The notes beneath the pieces are model-generated. The model was not told the DNA's origin. It made no database searches and saw only the letters and a list, made by a program, of their open reading frames with translations. A DNA stretch of 52,354 nt from Nemertoderma westbladi (lineage: Eukaryota; Animalia; Xenacoelomorpha): assembly GCA_032718475.1 (NCBI GenBank), contig JAUCBJ010000713.1:1-52354 (forward strand), given 5' to 3'. Within the stretch, counting starts at the first letter, position 1. Each line of letters begins with the position of its first letter. Below are positions 23,469 through 35,828 of this stretch, piece by piece. Position numbers and translations under genes: made by a program.

Positions 23469-23927
23469 TTATCGTTTTCTTGAGTTCTTTGAACGGTTGC
23501 GTTTTCTTCCCCTAGACTTTGATTGCACACACAGACAGTTACTTATTTCTACCTTGCTGGTCCCTGATAAAGTTTTTCTTATCCCGGCTTCCGGACTATC
23601 ACTTTCACGCCGATAAGCTTTGGGTGTGCAGTAACCTGTACTTAGTGCAACCATCCATTTGTAGACTTGATTGAAGTGCCTTTTCGAGAGATGCGGTCCG
23701 CAAACTCTATACATAAATCCCGCAAACTGTGTGTAATCCCCCTTGAGGTCCAAGTAGCGTTTTATGAGCTGATTCGTCTTTGTTATTCCCTTCCTTTCCA
23801 TCCGCTGGCAGAAAATCGGACCAATACCAGGTACCTTGATGAGTTTGGTTTTGTAAATCTTAGACATCCCTGTTGCTCCATAATCCAACTCCTTTTTCGT
23901 GGATTTGTTTCGCTTTGTTCTACCCAT
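23469..23927 (-). CDS. Barrier-to-autointegration factor (BAF)-like protein with basic extensions, 152 aa, intronless
   Basis: VPGIGPIFCQRMERKGITKTNQLIKRYLDLKGDYTQFAGFMYRVCG aligns by eye with BANF1 [46 protein letters not shown]. Confidence 0.75.
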   Translation of the reverse strand: MGRTKRNKSTKKELDYGATGMSKIYKTKLIKVPGIGPIFCQRMERKGITKTNQLIKRYLDLKGDYTQFAGFMYRVCGPHLSKRHFNQVYKWMVALSTGYCTPKAYRRESDSPEAGIRKTLSGTSKVEISNCLCVQSKSRGRKRNRSKNSRKR

Positions 23928-24653
23928 TTTAAATTGAAAGATTTGAGTTTATGAAATGAATTTGAACTGGTTCCCATAAGATGCTACGATTTTTAAGTTA
24001 CTTACACTACTAGACTAACTACAACCGCTTAAGTGAACTAAATCTACCTACATTTTCCGTATATTCCAGAATATTACAGCTAGAGCTACCACGGATACAA
24101 CTTTTAAAGAAAAATAAATAGAAATAATATTCAATATGAAAGCCAAGAAAACATTAGAATTATATCGATTTACGTCTCAAAATCTACACCGTAGGTAATA
24201 TCTACTTAGACAGTATTTTGGCAGATATTGCATATTGCATTGGTTATACAGTATGAATGACGACTGTATTATTGGTGGAATTTCAGCCGAGTCTTCGAAG
24301 TTAAACAGAATAGGGCCTAAGTTATAATATAGTTCTTAATTTTGGTGAAACCCACATTCGCTTACTTATTGTGTGTACAACATAATAAGTATTGCGATCA
24401 CGTGACCCCTAGGCCTACTGCCCGTCTCTGTTAGTACATAATGTTACATTGTTAAAATTATTACTATTATTACTACTATAACCTATGCTACTGTATACAC
24501 CATTAATTAAAACTCTTATTATGATATTTAATTACTGTATTTTACCTATATCAACGTACTGTATTAACTATAGAATCAATAATAAACATACTGATACTGT
24601 ATAATAATGTTAATTAAATGAATTCGTCAATAGCGCTCGTGATTATTACATCA

Positions 24654-26423
24654 TCAGTGCATTGAATATGTGCTGGACACAAAGTCCACACATCTATGAA
24701 CATCATCATCAGGCCCCTGGTCTCTATTACCTGCCCCTCTATGTATATCGCTGAGAACATCAGGGAGTGGTTTTCCTTTCGTTTCCGGCAGAAACAGAAC
24801 ACCGATTGCGGCGGCCAAACACAAAACTCCGTAAAGGATAGGTGGAAGCGCTCGCCAACTGTGTCCGATGCTAATCAATGGGATTATCGCTGAAGCTATT
24901 AGCGATAATATCATAGAAGTCGACATCATTCTGGAACGGACCTCGGTCGGATAAAGTTCTATCGAATACGTAACCACCATGGCCAATCCGCAACTAATAC
25001 CAGTTTTTCCAGCCATAGCAACCGTTGTTTTTACCCAACCACCTGCGATATCGTCGGGGATCCAGGCAGTGGATAAACAAGAAATTCCAGTAAAAATCAA
25101 AGTTCCGCACATTGAAGGCTTCCGTCCCAGTCCGTTTTGCAAGAAAAATCCTATCGCGGAGCCGACAATTTCAGTTGCGCCAGAAATTATGTTCGTAACA
25201 AAAAAATCTGTAGACAGCGCTGATACTCCTAGGACAAGCCCATACCATGTAACTGAAAGGGCAACCCAAACAAGGCACATAATAAGAATACGTTTCATTA
25301 ATTCAAAATGATACAAAATCTTGTTCAAAATCAAATTGTTGTGAATTACTTTTGGTTTGCCTATCGAAGAGCTTTCTCTATATTGCGACGATGTTAAATA
25401 TCTAGTAATACCTCCTATAGTATCATCACCTATTTGTTTATTATTAATGCGAGCAATTTTCTGTATAACATTCAACGCTTGCTTCCATTTCCCTGTGGTT
25501 GCCAACCATCTTGGCGATTCAGGCCAGACAACATAGAAGAACAGACACATGAAAGGTAATAGACACTGAGATAAGTGAAAATAATACCATGGTAACCGTC
25601 GGAATATGTACGAACAGACAGTGGATAGCATCATGCCTACTCCAATAAATGCTTCAAAAGAGACACCAATAAAGGTTCTGTACTCATAGCCAACGAGTTC
25701 CATGGCCAGGATAGTCCCAATCATAAGGGGGGCTGAATAACTCATTCCCAAAACTATTCGTTGAAATATAAAATAATGTATATTTCCCGGGAAAATAAAC
25801 ATGAAGGATTGACCCACACTTTGCAACAAGAATGCGAGAAATATGGCTTTCTTCCGTCCCCATATATCTGAAATCGCGCTGAATAATCCAGCTCCTGGTA
25901 TTATTGCGAGAATAAATGCCGTTTTCGCAAATTGAAACTCTACATCCTTTTCACAAACGAAATTAAATTCCATGAGGTAGGTGTTTGTGAAGACGGACTG
26001 GTCAAATGACCAGCCATGACGACATTTGATTCGATCCTTATTTTCTACCTGAACATAATTGTTATTTTCAACATTATAGTCGTACATTAGGCAAGATTCT
26101 AAAACACCATCACCATCTTTGGGAATGAATTCTTCAATGTTTATTGATTGATTCTCTCCAAGTTTATCAACAATATACGAAACATCGCAGTGGTAACCGG
26201 TGTGCGCGCTAAGAAACACCATTTCCATGATCAGTAGTGTTGGAATTGACGCACATAATAACACAATAGTGCAATAAACAACAACCCATTGATAGCAGCC
26301 AAATGCACCTATGAGAGGCCAAATATCATCATAAGTGTGAATATGTTTATTTTCATCAACGAATTTATTATTATCTGATCCATTTCCACCTAATTGTGTA
26401 TCGCCATAATTAATTGTTTTCAT
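24654..26423 (-). CDS. SLC22 / organic cation transporter family MFS protein, intronless
   Basis: IGAFGCYQ, Cys-containing first loop (C..GWSFD), SDIWGRKK, ELVG..YR, PESPRWL, ELYPTEVRS, LPETKGKPLP. First ATG at 26423 (ORF track extends to a TTG at 26450). Confidence 0.93.
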   Translation of the reverse strand: MKTINYGDTQLGGNGSDNNKFVDENKHIHTYDDIWPLIGAFGCYQWVVVYCTIVLLCASIPTLLIMEMVFLSAHTGYHCDVSYIVDKLGENQSINIEEFIPKDGDGVLESCLMYDYNVENNNYVQVENKDRIKCRHGWSFDQSVFTNTYLMEFNFVCEKDVEFQFAKTAFILAIIPGAGLFSAISDIWGRKKAIFLAFLLQSVGQSFMFIFPGNIHYFIFQRIVLGMSYSAPLMIGTILAMELVGYEYRTFIGVSFEAFIGVGMMLSTVCSYIFRRLPWYYFHLSQCLLPFMCLFFYVVWPESPRWLATTGKWKQALNVIQKIARINNKQIGDDTIGGITRYLTSSQYRESSSIGKPKVIHNNLILNKILYHFELMKRILIMCLVWVALSVTWYGLVLGVSALSTDFFVTNIISGATEIVGSAIGFFLQNGLGRKPSMCGTLIFTGISCLSTAWIPDDIAGGWVKTTVAMAGKTGISCGLAMVVTYSIELYPTEVRSRMMSTSMILSLIASAIIPLISIGHSWRALPPILYGVLCLAAAIGVLFLPETKGKPLPDVLSDIHRGAGNRDQGPDDDVHRCVDFVSSTYSMH

Positions 26424-26894
26424 TTTATTTAATTGAATTGTAATATACAAAATTATTAATTGGAGAACTGAGCTACTATGCCCAACACGTAGTAAATGTG
26501 TCTAGTTTGAAGAAGAGAAGGTTACCCACCCTTCAAAAGTTGTCTGTAAATGAGATTGAAAGGAGGACGACACATAGGGCCGGAATGACAAGATTGGAGG
26601 AAAGTCAGACCTACACGGAACCACCACCATTTAATTGTATTTCATTAGTAAAATTCACAGAGCGGGACAGGCCAAAAATAAACAACACATAAATCAGGAT
26701 TAAATAATAGACAATGAGTTAGTGCGTTTAGAAGGATCTTTTTCTTAGTGACCAAAAAATAATTGAATATGAATAGTCGCGTACATTTCGGGCAACAGCC
26801 CTTTATCATCTCAATTCAGTTATTGCATGTGTATATAAGTACAGAACAAAACTACTACAGGACACTACTACAGGAGGTTATTCCTTACCGCTAA

Positions 26895-27001
26895 GGGTAG
26901 CACGAACTTAGTTCCAATCGCACACTTTCAAAGGCGAACTTAGTTCCAATTGAGGCGAACTTAGTTCCAATCCCAGAATATCAAAACGATCTTAGTTCCA
27001 A
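26895..27001 (+). repeat. Left subterminal repeat array (cgaacttagttccaat x4)
   Basis: Copies at ~26903, 26935, 26957 and 26987. Inverted relative to the array at 31977-32207. Confidence 0.85.
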
Positions 27002-27419
27002 GTTCCTTACATAGTTCCTGGCTCAGTGTGTTTGAATTCTGGCATTATTACTGTATTCTCTGGAGCACTGACTGACTGCAATCCTTCAGTGAGTCCAGCC
27101 TGGAGATAGACTGCTTATTGATAAACTGGCTACGTTGACTGGCAACTGGCTCTTTGGTATTTGGAACTGGACTGTTAACGATAAACTGGTTTGGTTTGAC
27201 TGGCTCATTGGTGTTTGCAGGTTTGGCTGCTTATGATATTTCTGTATTTGGCTGATACAGATACAATTTAATTTATTTCCGGTGATATTTCGCTATTTAC
27301 AGATTTAGGCCTACTCTTATTTAGGCCTACCAGTATTTGCCCGCGACATACGGTTATATTAATCACTGTTGGCCTACAACAATAGGCCTACTGTATTACA
27401 CCACCGGTACAAACGCGGT

Positions 27420-30400
27420 ATGGCTAAATATCCCACCCCAACGTTTTTGGATGTTAATGCAGAAGACCTTGCACTTGAATTTGGCGAATGGCGACAAGCC
27501 TTTGAGTTCTGGGCAGATGCGATAGACTTGCGTGGTGAGGGACAAAATAGACAAAAGCAGGTTGGGGCCCTTATGACCTGCATCGGTAAACAAGCTCAAA
27601 AGATCGCACTTCAGAATTTCAGCTATACAGATGACAGACCACGAACCCTCGAGAATTTATTGGCAGACTCTTCTCAGCTTATTTTGCTCCCCGGCGAAAT
27701 TTGCTTGTGATGAGACACCGCTTTATGTGTCGGCGACAACAATCTGGGGAATCTTGTGCCGAATATTTTACTACCCTCCGGCAGTTGGCGGGTCACTGCG
27801 ACCTTGATAGAGAGACACCTGAAACACGAATAAGGGATACCTTCATATGTGGCATCCGGGATGATGAGTTGCGGCGTCAACTCCTCCAGCAACCTTCTGA
27901 TTCCACTATTACTGACATTAGGAACCTGGCGGTTGCTTATGAAGCTGCCACATCTGGGCATAAAGAGTTGAGTACAGAACAGAAAAAAGAGTATTTTATA
28001 CTCCAGCATCCATTAGTGGTGATGTTTTGGCTGTCTCAAGGTCATTTTCTCCCCATCGTGCCACCACTGGTAAGTATTATGCTGCTGCTCCACTGGTTCG
28101 TGAACGTGGTATGGATGTAGCTAGGAATCTACCACAACAACCCAGTCAACCTTTGCCTAATTTTGTTCGTTCATGTCGTTTCTGTGGTGGTAGTCACCAA
28201 AAAGGCCACTGTCCAGCATATAATTCCTTTTGCCAAGATTGCGGAGTTCGTCACCACTTCCGTAATTCCCCAATTTGTAAATTTATTGTTTCAGTTTCTA
28301 GACAAGGCTTAGATCGGTATACACAACAGACTATGCGACATTCCACTGGTAGAGTTCACCAGGTTGAACACTTTCCCTCTGACCTCTCTGTGGTGGAATT
28401 AGATGAACCCTACGAATCCGATGGTGAGGTAACTGAATCAAGTTTATCCTATTATGATGTCAACACAGTTAACCTATATAAAATGGTAAATTCCACCCCC
28501 AGTCAACTTATTGAAAAAAACTTATGAAAATTGGAAAATATCACTTTTCGTATCAGGTCCTACATCTGGTCAGAATATCATCTTTCTTGTTGACACAGGA
28601 ACTTATCACTCTATTGTTCCAAGCAAATTTATTGGACCCAGCATAATTGAACCCTTGCAGGGTGAGTTGCTCGGAGGATTTATGTCTTCATCTTCACTGC
28701 CTATTATTGGCAAGGCAACAGTTCGATTGGCATTTGGCAAATGTGAGACAACATCTACCATCTTTGTTGCCAAGAATGCACCATTCGCTTTGCTTGGCCA
28801 AAGGGATATTGAAGATTTACAATTAGTCAGTCGAAACTTCAGTGAAAATAAACTGTATCCTTCAGGTAGGGAAATAGAAAACACTGCAGGTGCTAGTCCT
28901 CTAAACATTGTCAATGCATTCTTACCTCCAATGGATTCACCTGAAATTGAAATTGTACTTAAGCCTGGAATAGTTCCACTTCAACAGCCCCCGTGGCGCA
29001 TTCCCTTCGGCATAATCGAGGAAGTTAAAAGTGAGAGCGCTAAACTTTGCGATGAAGGTGTTATCGTTAAAGTTCCTAACGATGATCCACCCAGTGAGTG
29101 GGTTAGTCCCATGGTGATCACACGCAAACCCACTGGGAAATTGAGGTTATGTCTAGATCTACGTGCTTTAAACAAAGCTGCGGTTAGGACCCGTGTAATG
29201 ATTCCTACACCTGAGGAACTATTTGCTAAAGTGGAAGGTAGCAACTATTTCTCTAAATTGGATGCTTACTCAGGCTTCCATCAATTATGGCCCACTGAGA
29301 AATCATCCAGACTAACAACATTCGAATTGCCATTCGGTACATTTCGTTATATTCGCTTACCATTTGGTGTTTCCTGTGCACCAGAGAAATATCAACAGAC
29401 AATGGTTGATGTTATCCATGATATTAATGGTGCCATTGTCCTTGAAGATGACATCCTTATATACAGTGCAACACGTGAAGGCCATGATCAAATTTTGATG
29501 AAGGTTAAGCAACGTTGCATTGATCGCAATATTAAACTTAATGTTGATAAATGTGAAATTGGCAAAACAGAAATTACTTACTTGGGTCATGTCTTGTCTT
29601 CATCTGGACTGAAACCAGATCCAAAGAAAGTTGAAGCGATTTCAGCACTCCCCCCCACCAACAACTACTGCAGAATGTCGTAGATTTCTGGGAATGGCTA
29701 CCTATATCTGGCTAAATTTGTACCCAATTTCAGCACTATTTCATCACCATTACGACAATTATTATGAGGGAATGTTCTGTTTTCATGGACATCCACTTGT
29801 GACTCAGCCTTTCAGAAGATAAAATCTTTACTATGTGACTCCCCAGTATTGAAATATTACAATGTCAACCATGAAACCATGGTCCAATGTGATGCCTCTC
29901 CATATGGCCTTGGCACAGCTCTTCTCCAATGTGATCCATAAACCAAGCAAACATGGCCAGTAGCATTTGCTAGTAGATCACTAACATCTGCTGAGCAGAG
30001 GTACTCCCAGATAAAAGGGAGACATTAGCTATTGCCTATGGTGTTTTGAAATATAAACAATATCTTCTAGGACTCCATTTCACAGTCCTATCAGACCATA
30101 AACCCTTAAAGTCGATTTTCCTAAACCCATTAGATGAGTGCCCACTTCGGATTACCCGTTTTCTCATTCTTCTACAGCCATATTCATTCACAGTTGAATT
30201 TATTACTGAGTGGAAAGTCAAATCTTCTTGCAGACACATTGTCTCGTGCTCCAATCCCAGGTCCTAATGAGCAGCCAGGAAACCAACAGGCCTTGAACTT
30301 TGATCCCTTTGTTAATGTCATTCTCGAATCACGTTTTGTCAATATTCACCCAGTAGCTCAGGAAACTGGAATATGTCCAGAATTGTCCCCACTGGTTGAT

Positions 30401-31950
30401 AGACTGTTAGACAATTCGGATAACTTCGACAATATACCTTCACCATATTTAGGCAATATTGCTGAACTCTCACTGTTCTTTGTCGATAATCTTCCAGTTG
30501 TGATGCACAGCACCCGCATAGTTATACCGGTGTCCCTTCGATCTCAAATTTTAAAGTTAGCTCATGAAGGCCACCCAGGTATAACAAAAACTACCGAGAT
30601 ATTGAATTCCACAGTTTGGTGGCCCGGAATCACCAAGTCTGCCTCGCTATTAGTGAGCAATTGTCACCCATGTAAACTCTCTCAAGATTTACCATCGCCA
30701 CAGCCTATGCAACAATCTCGTATATTTTTACCATGGGAACGAATCGGGATTGATTGTGCTCAAATAGAGGGCACTAAATGCCTCACTCTTATTGATTATG
30801 GTTCTCGTTATATTGAAGCTACCCCCTTACCTTCTAATAGTTCTAAATCACCCTCCATAATTCGTCAATTGAACTTTATCTTCGCTCGATTTGGCCTTCC
30901 CAGTTCTCTGGTTGCTGATAATGCTGAGGAATTTCGTTCAAGCGCATTTTGGCAGTATTTAGTTTCACTTGGCTGCAAACTTGTTGAAATCTCCTCTAGA
31001 TATCCCCAATCCAATGGGATGATTGAGTGTCCTCACAGGGTTATTAAGAAGATGATGAATGCAACATCAGATGCCCAGAAGGATTCATTCAGTTCTCGTT
31101 TGTCAACTGTATTGTTCACTCTACGAACAACCCCTCACAGGGTGACAGGTGAAGTTCCTTCCCGAGTGCTCTACAGGTTCCTTGGATTGAACCTACAAAC
31201 CCAATTGCCACAAATTCCTCCCCCAGCCGAGCCTCCATTAAGGAAATATATAGAAAACCGTGAGCGCATCGTATCTGACTACAATCGCCGGCATCGATCA
31301 CAACTGTTGGATCCTCTTGAGGTCGACCAAGCTGTCATGGTGAAGAAGTACAATGGCCGAGGTTACAGCTATTTGGGACACCATGTTAAAGAAGTTCGCG
31401 GTGACAAAGTGATCATTCAACCACCTCATGGTGGCCCGCTGATTTCCCGCAATCGCAGATGGCTCCAGCCAGTACACCAAGCCCACTACCATCGGTTTGT
31501 ACCCCCTGCCCACAAACTTCCTCTTCTAACCACCCAGGCTCAACCTGAACTGGTTGTTCAGCAATCATTGCCCACGAATGAGTCTTCACCTGGCGTTCCA
31601 GATGCCCCCCCCCCCCCCCCCCCCCCCCACTCCCAGATGGCCCATTGGATATCACACAATGCCATTATCCCTCCCGTGTACGATCTGCTCCAAAATACTA
31701 TGGGTATGAAAACTAATACGATATTACCAGGACTTGACTCATTCTTTAGGTTTTACATCCGAACTTTATTGTTTGTATATGTACAGTTAGTTGTAGGGAA
31801 GAGAGAGAAAGATGATATATGTGTTACTTTCAGTTCGAAAGAAAGAAAGTAGTGTAGTATATACTACTGGTATTAAATAGGAGTTATCTGTATGTGTTGA
31901 TGGTCTGGTGTACTACTGATTATTATATACCGGTTACCGGCCACACTACA
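27420..31950 (+). mobile_element. Degenerate Ty3/gypsy (Mag-like) retrotransposon gag-pol
   Basis: gag (RRQQSGES...RIRDTFICGI; CRFCGGSH..CPA..CQDC), PR FLVDTG, RT (WVSPMV, LRLCLDLRALN, LPFG, LEDDILI, YLGH), RNase H (QCDASPYGLG, SDHKPL) and IN (HEGH..CHPC, GID, ADN, NGMIE). Several frameshifts and a TAA at 29939-29941. PPT-like 31795-31812 is followed by a TG...CA LTR candidate at 31813-31950. No 5' LTR was found. Confidence 0.92.
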
Positions 31951-31976
31951 CATTCTTCGCCTACTACGATTGCAAC

Positions 31977-32207
31977 ATTGGAACTAAATTCGCTTTCATT
32001 GGAACTAAATTCGCTTTCATTGGAACTAAGTTCGCATCCGGAACTAAATTTGCATGCATTGGGACTAAGTTCGTTTTCGTTTTTCTCTAGTTATTGGAAC
32101 TAAGTTCGCCTAAATTGGAACTAAATTTGCCAAAATTGAAACTAAATTCGTTCCCATTGGAACTAAATTCGCATGGAGGCTTAAATTGGAACTAAGTACG
32201 GAGAATC
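31977..32207 (-). repeat. Right subterminal repeat array (attggaactaa[a/g]ttcg, ~10 copies)
   Basis: Reverse complement of the left array motif, with ~21-bp spacing in parts. Confidence 0.85.
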
Positions 32208-33965
32208 ACCGCTAGTGGAAGGTTGCATGCAACCCCCCACCCACCTGCATCGTTATTGGTTGGTGGTACGGCTGTCTATACGCACAAACTCATTGTCTAT
32301 TAGGATACCACCGGTGACCTGGGCAAAAACCTATTTACAGAAGATTATATATTGCACAGTAAAAATACATAAGATACCATTGATGTAATATGGTTTTTAT
32401 CTTAAATGAGTATGTTATCATCAATGAGAGGTTTATTGGAATTGGGAAAGTTTGTGTACAGACTCGATGTGCAGAGGATATACCCACGAAGCGCTTATTG
32501 GTAACATTCATTAGGAGACATGATCTCAGACATGATTGCAGTATTACGTTAGGAGTAAATCCTATGCGGAAAATAATGCGAAGTGCAGAGCGGTGTGAGA
32601 GAGGATCGGTGAATTGTTTTAAAACACTTGTAGAGTGGATCGTTGCTGCGATACTGTAGTGGCCGACATTTACGACTATGGATGACTTTTCTGTCTTCAT
32701 AATCTAACAAGTTAAGTCTATGTATAGAAAGAGCACCAATATAAAACTGTAGATTAGCAAACACCCGCAATAGAAGGCCTATATCCGGCATAAATGATGT
32801 GAGATATCCAATCCATATTCAATTGAAGTGGTAACCCAGCTTGTCATTGTTGAGGTCATAGATAATGTAGTTGGAAGTTAAAGAAAGTGGGACTAAATAA
32901 TGATCCTTTGTTTTACTCCTATTGTAGTTGGTATCCCCACTGGATCAATTGCATTGCCAAATCGGAAGAATATTATGCCGGTCTGGTAGTAGTCTAGTAA
33001 CAGCCTGTAGATATATAAGGGTAAATTGTCATTGATAATTGTTTGAAAAGGAGGTGATGACTGACTGCTCGTTTAGCCTGAGAATCACGCTAATTGTAAA
33101 GTCCATTCCACGTTTTGCCCGGTATGCCACTTGAAAATCTAATACTTCCAGGGAGTTTAGAAAAGTGCTTGTGGATCCATGCCTCCATAATATTCGCAAA
33201 AATATATTAATGGAACTTAAGGGCCGCTATGGGTGTGGTACGTTGATGTCTTTTCAGCTGTAGGTCACAGCATATGTCCAGAGATGGAGGGAACCTTTCC
33301 CTAATTGAATAGCTCGATTACGTATTTCACGCCTCTTTGACAGCTTCAGTGTGAGTCAAGATCATTTGGTACAGTGATAAGGGCATACATGTGAAGATGA
33401 TCCGAACTGTTGTTAATTCCATCTCTTTGATAGACTTTCCTTTTGTAACAAGTGTCAGGCCAACATCATTGGTAATAATGTGATCGATATGATGCATTGA
33501 TCCTTTTACCAGTTGAGTTGTGACAGTATAACAAGGTCCTGTGATGTGTTGGATTGTATCAGCAGTTACAAGGTTACATTTTTTATCATAATGTACTTGC
33601 CATCCCATTAGAGATCCTATATCGTCATTGCCGTTCAATAGTACAAAATGAATTGCATTCCCATTGAGCAGCAGATGGTAAGCGAGCTTAGCATACGGGT
33701 ACCGCTATCTCAATCGGTGTGTCTGTAGATCTGTCTTTCTGTAGGTCCGTGTTTTTAAACGTTAATAACTTGTTCGATAAATCTAACCAAACTTGTTACA
33801 CATGTTGTTTGGGAAAAGTTTATAAATTTTCCAAACAGAATTTGCGTGGGTCCTTCAGGGGAGCGAGCGTAGCGGGGCTAAGTGAGTATTGTGTTGACTA
33901 TACTATAGTAATAGTAATAATAAATGAATTGTTGTGGGGTGAGTGACGGTGAATTAAATATATAA

Positions 33966-34046
33966 TGTAGATAGGACAATATGATAATGCTCTCCATAGC
34001 GAAAAATTTTCGCTATGGAGAGCATTATCATATTGTCCTATCTACA
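33966..34046. repeat. Perfect palindrome, 40-bp arms, 1-nt centre
   Basis: tgtagataggacaatatgataatgctctccatagcgaaaa-a-ttttcgctatggagagcattatcatattgtcctatctaca. Confidence 0.95.
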
Positions 34047-34982
34047 CTATAGTAATAGTAAACAACCTGGTTTAGCATATTGGTCGATATGTCATTTTGA
34101 TAACAGGTGGTGGAATGTTTTATGCTAGTTATTTTGGTGACCAGATGTACAGGAAGAGTGCCACAATGGGTTGTAATGAAGACGAGTCTGTGTTGACTGA
34201 GTATTGTTTTGACAAGACTCGTAAACCACATGGTTTAGCATATTGGAAGATATGTATGTATTGTATCCATTACTGATAATGGAATGTTGTAAGGTATATA
34301 TTTGATGACCAGTTCGGTCCACGTTGTACCGGACGAATGCAACGAGCTTTGCAGTTGATACGAGTATCCATCTGCCATAAATCAGAAATTACTCGTAGAG
34401 TTTCAAGACTTTGTATAGTTATAAAGGTCGTCAGTCTGTGTTTAATAAAAAAATATTTTGGGAGAAAACAGGACGAGCGCAACGAGGCTAATGAAGGAGA
34501 CGAGTATTGTAAATCTCTATTCTAAAATATCATACTTAACTTAAATAGCCCTAGTTAGTAAGTTTACAAATGACAGTTAAAGCGTGTAAGGGCAATGAAA
34601 TGGACCTCTGTTTTTTAACGCAAACTGAAAGCGTCACTCTTAATATTTTGGGAATGACGGTTTTCGTATATCTAATAGAGATTTGTACACTTTCTTATAT
34701 AGGCTCTCGTGCTGCGAGAAGACCCCACAACGTGTATCTGATGCATACTGTATCCACACATGAAGATGATTGTTCAGTCTGGCAGACAAACCTATAACGT
34801 TGTCTCCATTTATCACATGTAAAACCTTTTCAACTAAATTTCTGAGGATGATAATTGCGATAGGGGCTCATGTAGATCTATTAATTTTCCAGCAAGGTAG
34901 CTGCAAGATAAATCAATTGGTAGAAAGTACATAATCTGCTAGTCCTCCAAATATATTCGTGTCCATCCTTTTCTTCGTAGTT

Positions 34983-35828
34983 TCTTCCTTAAGTGATTTT
35001 GCAGTTTTGGTTTTCATTATTAATCTTGTTAGTTAGGTCTGACTGGAACTAATGATACATAAACGCCATACCGGTAGTGATTATGCCTACTGTACTCCAT
35101 GGTCAGACAGACTGAAGTTTATGAGAGATAATCAAAAGTGAGTTATAGTATTTTCCTTTGTTTTTCTGAATAAAAGCTTAAATCTAAATAATAATTTAAA
35201 TTTTGATATAACCCATAAAATAAATATACAGACCTATTCCTTGCATATACTGTACTGTACATTATAAAATGTGGAAATGAATACGTGATAAATGTTGCGT
35301 TGCGTTGCCACTGAATTACAATATTATATTCCAGTAGATAGATAGAAATGATTATTGACAAGTTAGATACTGTACACGATACAAATAATATCAAATATAA
35401 TAATACGGCACAAAACCTTTACGATAATTACTTATTCGCACAGTTATATAAATTGTCCAGTAGCTTTTTGAAACGATCTATTGTCTAGAGATATTGATTA
35501 AATATGTACACGGTGACGTGGTGTAATATGGCATGGACGATAACAAAATGTGATTTACCACTCGCGTAAACCCCATGCTACTGTATATATAACAATAAAA
35601 GGAATTTGATTTGTAGTGATAGTTGTATTTGTGCTTGGATTAAATAATAACCAGGTAGGCCTATTATATGTAGGCCTATTATTTACCTTTGTATTGAGTT
35701 TTATATTCTATTCTTTCGGTCGGGTCACGTTAGGCCATTAACCCGGGGAGAGGAGGGGGGATTCTATCTCTCCGCGAACTAATATCCCAGTCTTGCAGAA
35801 TTAACAATTAAGGTAAAGGATCAGACTA
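34983..35828. repeat. Dispersed repeat, copy 2 (of 1-1022)
   Basis: Direct sequence match to the start of the window. Confidence 0.85.

Noticed and set aside
32300-33700. Coding-like stretch with short ORFs
   Set aside because: May be a decayed gene, but no recognisable motif and many stops, so it cannot be assigned.
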